A DNA stretch of 19,442 nt from a bacterium (GTDB lineage: Bacteria; Zhuqueibacterota; Zhuqueibacteria; Oceanimicrobiales; Oceanimicrobiaceae): positions 1 through 19,442 of the forward strand of contig JBHIAC010000051.1 in the NCBI GenBank assembly GCA_046758365.1, written 5' to 3'. Position 1 is the first letter of the stretch; every line of letters starts with the position of its first letter. Positions 13,516-19,442 of this stretch are shown piece by piece. Made by a program: the position numbers and the translations under genes. Below the pieces are notes generated by a model. That model was not told the origin of the DNA. It searched no databases and was given only the letters and a program-made list of their open reading frames with translations.

Positions 13516-16500
13516 TCACCATTCAATCTTCCAAATGACATCCAATGCCGTATCGCCTTTTCTTTCCCTTGAAGCTTGCAATAAAAGATTAAAAAATAGA
13601 ATTTTCTTGGGAATTTCATATTCCAGTTCAACTTTGCGATCTCCTTCTGCACCAAAATCTTGGCTTACGCTAACAAAAACATCAGGTGTAACGTATTTAC
13701 CTATACGCACTTTTGCGTCAGATAAATTTTTCCCACTTTCAATTTGTATGACATCCAAACTCAACTCACTACCTAATTTACTGGTTAATCTTTTTAATAC
13801 CTGACCAGCAAGAAAGCCCGTAGCTTTGCTCTCTAAGCTAAATTCATCTGAAACACTGCTTCTTTGACCAAGTGTTAACTCATCAAAACTGCGTCCAAAT
13901 AATAAAAAGGATAGAATGTCTTTTTGGTCGGCTTCCTGGTTATCCAAAGTAAACTTAAACTGTGGGAATTGTAACGTCCCGGTGACCAAAACTTTTATTT
14001 CATGCTTCTGAGGTTCCTCACCGGTTAAGTCTTGAAATTCATACATAGCTTCAAGGTATATTTCCGGGTTTGGTTCAAGTTCACCATTGAATACCAATTC
14101 GCCTTCTTTAATCTGAAACCGATGGCCCAACAAATCATAATAGCCTCGGATCGCTGAAAAGGCCCCAAATAAAACAATGACGGGTCCCTCTTTTAAAGGT
14201 ACCAGTTCCCCTTCAACTTCTATATTTGCTTGCTGACTCCGAATCCAAGTGTTTCTTGGAAAATAGAACGACAAATCCCCTCGAAGGTTTTTATAAAACT
14301 GCGTCTCACTAATTTGACTTTCTACACCTTTAAATGATTTTTGGAACCGGAGGGCCCCTGCAGTATCCATTACGACTGAATCTGTAGGAATAACAAAATA
14401 TGGCTTTTCGGACAATTCCACTGCTGTTTCATCTTTTAACCATGCTGGATAATAGATCCTTGCTTGATTGATGGTCAATTCTCCGGTAAATTCGGGGGCT
14501 TGAATACTCCCAAAGAGTTGAATATCTCCTTTAACTTTTGCTCGCATCTTTTTGTTATTCATCAAGTAAAAATTCTTGACTCTGAAATGAGCGTGAAAAT
14601 TTTCTAAACTCTTTTTTGAAAGAGAAAGACTGCCTTCAACTAACATTAATTCACCATCTCCTGATCGTATTCGGAAATCTTTGATAACTAGCTCTTTTCC
14701 TTTTAAAACCAAATCTATATTCACATTTCTATATTTTGTTCCCAATTCAGGTATATCAAAATTTCCATGAATCAATCGAATGGGTCCTACCCCGCGTAAG
14801 TCATTTAATGAATTGCTCAACACAACATCTGCCACAAGGGTTCCTCCAATATTTTGGAATGTTTTTGAAAAAAACTGAAGGAATGAAAGCTCTAAACCTT
14901 GCGTGCTAATTTTGATTTCCAAAGGCGCTTCTTCAAGTAATTTAGTGTCAAAGGGTGCTAAAGAGAATTTCACAGGCAAAAATCCACTGGATTCCAGAAG
15001 GCTGTCGCTTTCGGTTTTGAACAGTAAACATTTCCAGAAAAATGAATTTCCTTGATAGTTGAAATTTCCCGAAAAGTTTTTAAATGGTACTTTAGAATAC
15101 CTTAGTTGTTCAATTTTAATCTCACCCTGTAAATTAGGTCTTTCTAATGTGCCAGAAAAGATGGTTTCAAAATTGAGACGACCTTCAAAGTCTACTTCTT
15201 GTCCAAACAAAGAACCAAACTTGGAAATATCTAAATTCGTGAGTTTCAGAGTGAAATCATTATTCCTTCTAGAATCAAAACGGCCAAATAGATTGAGAGA
15301 TTGGTCTTCAGAGGCAAGAACCAGTTGGGACACACTAATCTCAGAACCAACAAAATGAATCTCTGTTTCGGGGTTAACTTTTTCCCAATTTTGACCGAAA
15401 ATCTTAATACCTAAATCTTGCACCTTGGCCCAGTAGCCACCAGATTCAAACCCAAACTTTCCCTGGGTTTCCGCAAATACATTATCCCCTTGTTGGACTT
15501 CGATTACAAAGTTTGATAGTGCGTTGAGATAGTCTAATGTAAAATTAGCACTTAAATCAGTAAGTCCAAAAGCTGCAGCCTCGGAGGCATCTCCTTTAAA
15601 TTGGAAATATTTTTCACTGTTTGAGAACATGCCTGAAAAATTTCCCTGAAATTGCGCAATATTCAAGTCTTCGGTACCCACTTGGGTTAAATCTAAATTT
15701 GCCTGCACAACCAATGAATCCAGAGGTCCCTCAAGCCGCCCAGACAAATTTCCTTTTCCCCAAAGAGAATCAATGGGCAAGGCTTTTGTTAAAACGGAAA
15801 AATCCATAAATTTTGCATCAAACTTTAGATGGTTTTCTTTTTGGATGGAAACATCACCCGCTGCAAATATTTTAACCAAAGGAGAAAAAATTGTGAACGC
15901 TTTCAAATTTAATATTTGATTTTTTAAGTAAAGTTCAATAAAAGCAGAGTCAATGGGTACCTGGTTGATATGAGAAGATGAGCCTATCAAACTAAGATTC
16001 CCAGACAGGGTCTCATTTTTGAGACCCCGTCCAACCAAGTTAAAGTCTAAATTTAGATCGGTCGTCACATCATTTGTTTGTACAAATCGACCCAAATCCA
16101 AATCTTGAATCTTGCCCTTTATTTGAAGCTCTTTATTAGGAACGAACTTTCCTGAAAAATATGAGTGAGTCCCTTCAATTAAAGCATCCCCAAAAAAATT
16201 GAGAGAATCTCCTTTTACCGCTAAGTTTAGGGTAGATTCTCTAAGGTATTTACCTCCGGCATAACTAGAATCAAAATCACATAAAAATTCAGCATTTATA
16301 TCTCCCCATTCTATGCTTTTCCCAATAACTTTAAAACTAAAATTTAGATTACTGGCAAGGTCTGGCTGGTTGGTAATTTCAGCTAAATTTAAATTCGTAA
16401 CTTTACCTTTCAAATTATAACCGTATGGTAAGTCCCTTACTTGAAGATTACCCAAGATTTCAATCTTACTTCGACCAACCCATATATTACAATTTATATC

Positions 16501-17367
16501 GAGGTCGTCTAAAGTACCTCTCGCTTCTAAATCTAGTTTGGGATTGCCGTATAGCATTAAAACGGGCACGGCTCGTCGAATCTCTGCAAAAGAAATCGGG
16601 TATCCCTTAATAAAAAAGTGCAAATATGGATTTTTAAAATTTTTCACATCCAGCTTTGATGTGAGTTTCGAAGACTCTGTTTTTATTTCAAAATCTTGCG
16701 CGATTAAGCTGTCGGGACTTATTTTTACGTTAGAGTGGATAGTTTGGACTAGTAGGTTGGGTTCTTGTGTGTCAAAACTCAGTTTTTCTAACGACAGCTT
16801 AAACCGTCCTTCTGAAAACCATAAACCTAAATTTAACTGAATATTTTTAATTTTTTGGGGTAAATACCAGGCTATATTTTTGAGTTCAGCCCGGCCTGAA
16901 ATAATTTGAACCTTAGGGAGTTCAATTTCCCAATTAAATTTTAACAGATTTTGACTGTCTTTTGCTTTTCGTGAAGTTCCCGTAGATTTTAACAATTTAG
17001 CTAAATTCCACGTCTTGTCATCTTGCTGAGTCAAATGCAATTCAGGCGTTTCTAAAATAATTTGACTAAAAGCCAATTTTTTAAAAATAAGTGAAAGGGG
17101 ACTGTAGCGTATAAACACTCTCTGGACTTTAATTATAGGTTCGTCTTCTACTTGAATTGAAAGACCTTCTAACTGAAAATAGGAAAACGGGTTTCCTGTC
17201 AATGCTTTTAATTCAATTTTTCCATTGATATAATTTTGAGCATATGCAATTGCTTTGTTTGTTAACCAAGTTTTGAAGATTGATGTTTGGGTAAAAATTG
17301 TAAATAAAATTCCCAAAACAATTAAAGAAAGTAGTATAAATGAAATAACTTTTACTATTTTGTTCAT
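13516..17367 (-). CDS. tamB: Translocation and assembly module TamB / AsmA-like protein
   Basis: N-terminal TM anchor, long beta-rich body, DUF490-like C-terminus (F.G...PNP.I, LSFLLFG, RIGKYVT); follows an Omp85 gene. ATG 17367 lies 1 nt after the upstream stop. Confidence 0.85.
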   Translation of the reverse strand: MNKIVKVISFILLSLIVLGILFTIFTQTSIFKTWLTNKAIAYAQNYINGKIELKALTGNPFSYFQLEGLSIQVEDEPIIKVQRVFIRYSPLSLIFKKLAFSQIILETPELHLTQQDDKTWNLAKLLKSTGTSRKAKDSQNLLKFNWEIELPKVQIISGRAELKNIAWYLPQKIKNIQLNLGLWFSEGRFKLSLEKLSFDTQEPNLLVQTIHSNVKISPDSLIAQDFEIKTESSKLTSKLDVKNFKNPYLHFFIKGYPISFAEIRRAVPVLMLYGNPKLDLEARGTLDDLDINCNIWVGRSKIEILGNLQVRDLPYGYNLKGKVTNLNLAEITNQPDLASNLNFSFKVIGKSIEWGDINAEFLCDFDSSYAGGKYLRESTLNLAVKGDSLNFFGDALIEGTHSYFSGKFVPNKELQIKGKIQDLDLGRFVQTNDVTTDLNLDFNLVGRGLKNETLSGNLSLIGSSSHINQVPIDSAFIELYLKNQILNLKAFTIFSPLVKIFAAGDVSIQKENHLKFDAKFMDFSVLTKALPIDSLWGKGNLSGRLEGPLDSLVVQANLDLTQVGTEDLNIAQFQGNFSGMFSNSEKYFQFKGDASEAAAFGLTDLSANFTLDYLNALSNFVIEVQQGDNVFAETQGKFGFESGGYWAKVQDLGIKIFGQNWEKVNPETEIHFVGSEISVSQLVLASEDQSLNLFGRFDSRRNNDFTLKLTNLDISKFGSLFGQEVDFEGRLNFETIFSGTLERPNLQGEIKIEQLRYSKVPFKNFSGNFNYQGNSFFWKCLLFKTESDSLLESSGFLPVKFSLAPFDTKLLEEAPLEIKISTQGLELSFLQFFSKTFQNIGGTLVADVVLSNSLNDLRGVGPIRLIHGNFDIPELGTKYRNVNIDLVLKGKELVIKDFRIRSGDGELMLVEGSLSLSKKSLENFHAHFRVKNFYLMNNKKMRAKVKGDIQLFGSIQAPEFTGELTINQARIYYPAWLKDETAVELSEKPYFVIPTDSVVMDTAGALRFQKSFKGVESQISETQFYKNLRGDLSFYFPRNTWIRSQQANIEVEGELVPLKEGPVIVLFGAFSAIRGYYDLLGHRFQIKEGELVFNGELEPNPEIYLEAMYEFQDLTGEEPQKHEIKVLVTGTLQFPQFKFTLDNQEADQKDILSFLLFGRSFDELTLGQRSSVSDEFSLESKATGFLAGQVLKRLTSKLGSELSLDVIQIESGKNLSDAKVRIGKYVTPDVFVSVSQDFGAEGDRKVELEYEIPKKILFFNLLLQASRERKGDTALDVIWKIEW

Positions 17368-17368
17368 T

Positions 17369-19237
17369 CTAAAACGCTTGTCCAATACTAATATGAATTT
17401 CGTAATTTTTATCCTCCTGAGGTTGCTTATTTATTTTCCAGGCGAAGTCTATTCGGAAAGGTCCTATGAAAGTATTGTATCGAATACCCGCCCCAATCGC
17501 ATATCTCAAATCTAACAAGTCAAACCCGTCCCAATTCTCCCATACATTGCCATAATCTAAAAAAATAGCACTTCTAAATTTTTTGTAGATGGGAGTTCGC
17601 AGTTCAAAGCTTCCTTCAAGATTGCTATTGCCTCCCAATGGCGTGTTTTCTTCATTCCTAGGACCCAAAAGTTGTCGACCCCAACCCCGCACGGAATAGC
17701 TTCCACCAGAAAAAAATCTTTCTTCAACAGGAGTCACTTGGCTGCCTCGAATCGGAGTCATAGTGCCCATAAAGATTCGTAAGGCAAATACGTATCCCGG
17801 CTTAATCTTACGATACTTTCGGTATTCTCCATATAATTTTAAATATTTAAATCGAGACTGTAAAAACCGCCCAGCCTCCTCTACGACTATGGAGGAGATC
17901 GAGCCGCGTGTTGGTGAAAATAATTGATCCGTTGAATTTCGACGTACCCCCACTTGTAAAACAGATTTGTTATATAAATCCTCCAGTCTCTCGGTTTGTT
18001 CGCTCATCAATTCGCCTTTTACACTGACAGTATCTCGTTCGATCCGAGAAGTTATAAATAAATTAGTTCGTTTTGTCAATTGCCGGTTAATCGTTGTTTC
18101 CAAGCCTATTCTTCGGACTTCAAAGCTTTTTTCATCCTGCCAAATAAAAAACGGCTTCGCAATCAGGTCATTCTTATTACCAAAAAAGTAAGGCTGGCTG
18201 AGTTCCAATTGCAAACTAAGTGGAAGTAAATTGGTAGAATGTTTAGCTTCTGCCCTGAGGATTCGTGCTCCACCGAGAAAATTGCGGTGTCGCCAAGTGG
18301 CCGTTGCCCGAAAGGACTCCTCTGAACCATAGCCAACCCCAAATTTTAAGGTCCGCAATTTCGATTCTTTTACCCGTACTTCGATTGGGATTTGATTAGG
18401 CTGTTGTTGAAGATTCGTAGCCCGGAGACTCACAAACTGAAATAATTCTAACCGAAATATTTGAGTTTGAGCACTAACCAGTTTTTTTTGTTCAAACCGC
18501 TCCCCTGCCTTGAATCCCAAACCTCTTCGAATTACTCTTTCTGATATGCTTTTGTTGCCTGTAATATCAATCTCACCAAATACACTCCATGGACCGGGGT
18601 CAAGAAACCACTCAAGCATGACCGTGTGATTTTGCCTATTGATGTGCGGTTTGACCCTGGCTTGAATATAGGGATAACCCAGGTTACTGAATTTTTCGAT
18701 TATTTTATTATAATCCAATTTCAGATTCTCTTCACGATAGCGCTTTCCTTTTTTGAGAGACATCATTTTTTTTAATTTAGCAGGAAGCAGAGGAAGATCA
18801 GCATGATCAGCCGGGACAATCTCCACCTCTGCTACTTTAGTCGGCTGACCTTCCTCGATATAAATTACAATGTTAACTTCGTCTCTCTTTTGATTGAAAT
18901 TGAGTTCGTAATCAGTCACCCGAGCCTCCAGATAACCCTCCTGATGATAATACCTTTCAATTCTTAGTAAATCATTTAGAAAAATTTCTTCGTCAAATAT
19001 TTTCGATTTTTTCCAGAAAAGAAAAAAGCGAGTCCAGGGATTGGCCTGGGTAATGATGGCTTTTTTTAACTTCCCAGAGGAAACAGCTTTATTGCCTTTG
19101 AATTTTAAATCCTCGACTCGGATTTCTTGCGGGAAAAGGGTCGCAAAGTTGGTAAGAAGACAAACAACAATTAGAAAAAATTTTAGAAGGAAGTGCTTCA
19201 CAGATTTTAATTCAGCTTCTCGATCCTCTTTGGTCAT
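17369..19237 (-). CDS. Omp85-family outer-membrane protein (TamA-like, ~3 POTRA domains)
   Basis: Signal peptide, POTRA repeats (FKGNK, YHQEGYLEA, GYPYIQ, ITGNK), RFFSGG..SVRGW, GPFRIDFA and terminal IGQAF. The start may be GTG 19201. Confidence 0.9.
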   Translation of the reverse strand: MTKEDREAELKSVKHFLLKFFLIVVCLLTNFATLFPQEIRVEDLKFKGNKAVSSGKLKKAIITQANPWTRFFLFWKKSKIFDEEIFLNDLLRIERYYHQEGYLEARVTDYELNFNQKRDEVNIVIYIEEGQPTKVAEVEIVPADHADLPLLPAKLKKMMSLKKGKRYREENLKLDYNKIIEKFSNLGYPYIQARVKPHINRQNHTVMLEWFLDPGPWSVFGEIDITGNKSISERVIRRGLGFKAGERFEQKKLVSAQTQIFRLELFQFVSLRATNLQQQPNQIPIEVRVKESKLRTLKFGVGYGSEESFRATATWRHRNFLGGARILRAEAKHSTNLLPLSLQLELSQPYFFGNKNDLIAKPFFIWQDEKSFEVRRIGLETTINRQLTKRTNLFITSRIERDTVSVKGELMSEQTERLEDLYNKSVLQVGVRRNSTDQLFSPTRGSISSIVVEEAGRFLQSRFKYLKLYGEYRKYRKIKPGYVFALRIFMGTMTPIRGSQVTPVEERFFSGGSYSVRGWGRQLLGPRNEENTPLGGNSNLEGSFELRTPIYKKFRSAIFLDYGNVWENWDGFDLLDLRYAIGAGIRYNTFIGPFRIDFAWKINKQPQEDKNYEIHISIGQAF

Positions 19238-19271
19238 CGGTAATTCATTATTGAATTTAATGATTCAAGGC

Positions 19272-19442
19272 TTAAAAAGTTCTAGATTTAATAAAATAAA
19301 AATAGTTCTTCCGGATAATGGCTACTTTTTGTAACAATTTAGTAGATTCTTTTTCAAATTTCTCAATTTTTTGTGTGATTTTGGCCGCTGATTGTTCTGG
19401 ATATTCATCCTGAACATGAAATAATAGAGGACATTTGTCCCC
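19272..19442 (-). CDS. Possible 3' end of an upstream gene (partial, unidentified)
   Basis: Open frame from the window edge, GDKCPLLFHVQDEYPEQSAAKITQKIEKFEKESTKLLQKV...SRTF*. No motif recognised, and a second frame is also open to 19322. Confidence 0.25.
   Translation of the reverse strand, partial: GDKCPLLFHVQDEYPEQSAAKITQKIEKFEKESTKLLQKVAIIRKNYFYFIKSRTF

Noticed and set aside
8221..19334. Plus-strand ORFs at 8221, 10323, 13448, 15059, 15621, 16425, 16538, 17255, 17967 and 19041
   Set aside because: Antisense shadows of priA, the sigma gene, tamB and the tamA-like gene, with no recognisable motifs.
1..19442. CRISPR array, tRNA/rRNA, transposase or restriction endonuclease gene
   Set aside because: None recognised: no regularly spaced repeats, cloverleaf motifs or matching ORFs were seen.

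Overview
AT-rich bacterial chromosomal segment. It probably comes from a non-Bacteroidia member of the FCB group, inferred from a short FCB-type sigma70 together with canonical TTGACA-N17-TATA(A/T)T promoters and strong Shine-Dalgarno sites. The left part (+ strand) holds the 3' end of a Nif3-like gene, a ~1 kb intergenic tract of decayed elements, a Ca/Na antiporter, an AT-rich orphan M.MvaI-like m4C methyltransferase, an MBL-fold hydrolase, a DAG-kinase-family lipid kinase, an HD protein and a DUF3810-like protein. The right part (- strand) holds tamA/tamB-like genes, a DUF1186-like protein, a thioredoxin-fold protein, a small Zn-ribbon + Tudor-like protein, the sigma70 and priA. The most notable non-coding signal is at the convergence point (6787-7000): tandem overlapping DnaA boxes followed by (CTA)4 DnaA-trios, an oriC-type basal unwinding signature, with no dnaA in the window. 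Two ~100 bp MITE-like elements and a 50 bp dispersed repeat cluster at 11.87-12.34 kb. All family assignments come from recalled motifs; no database searches were run.
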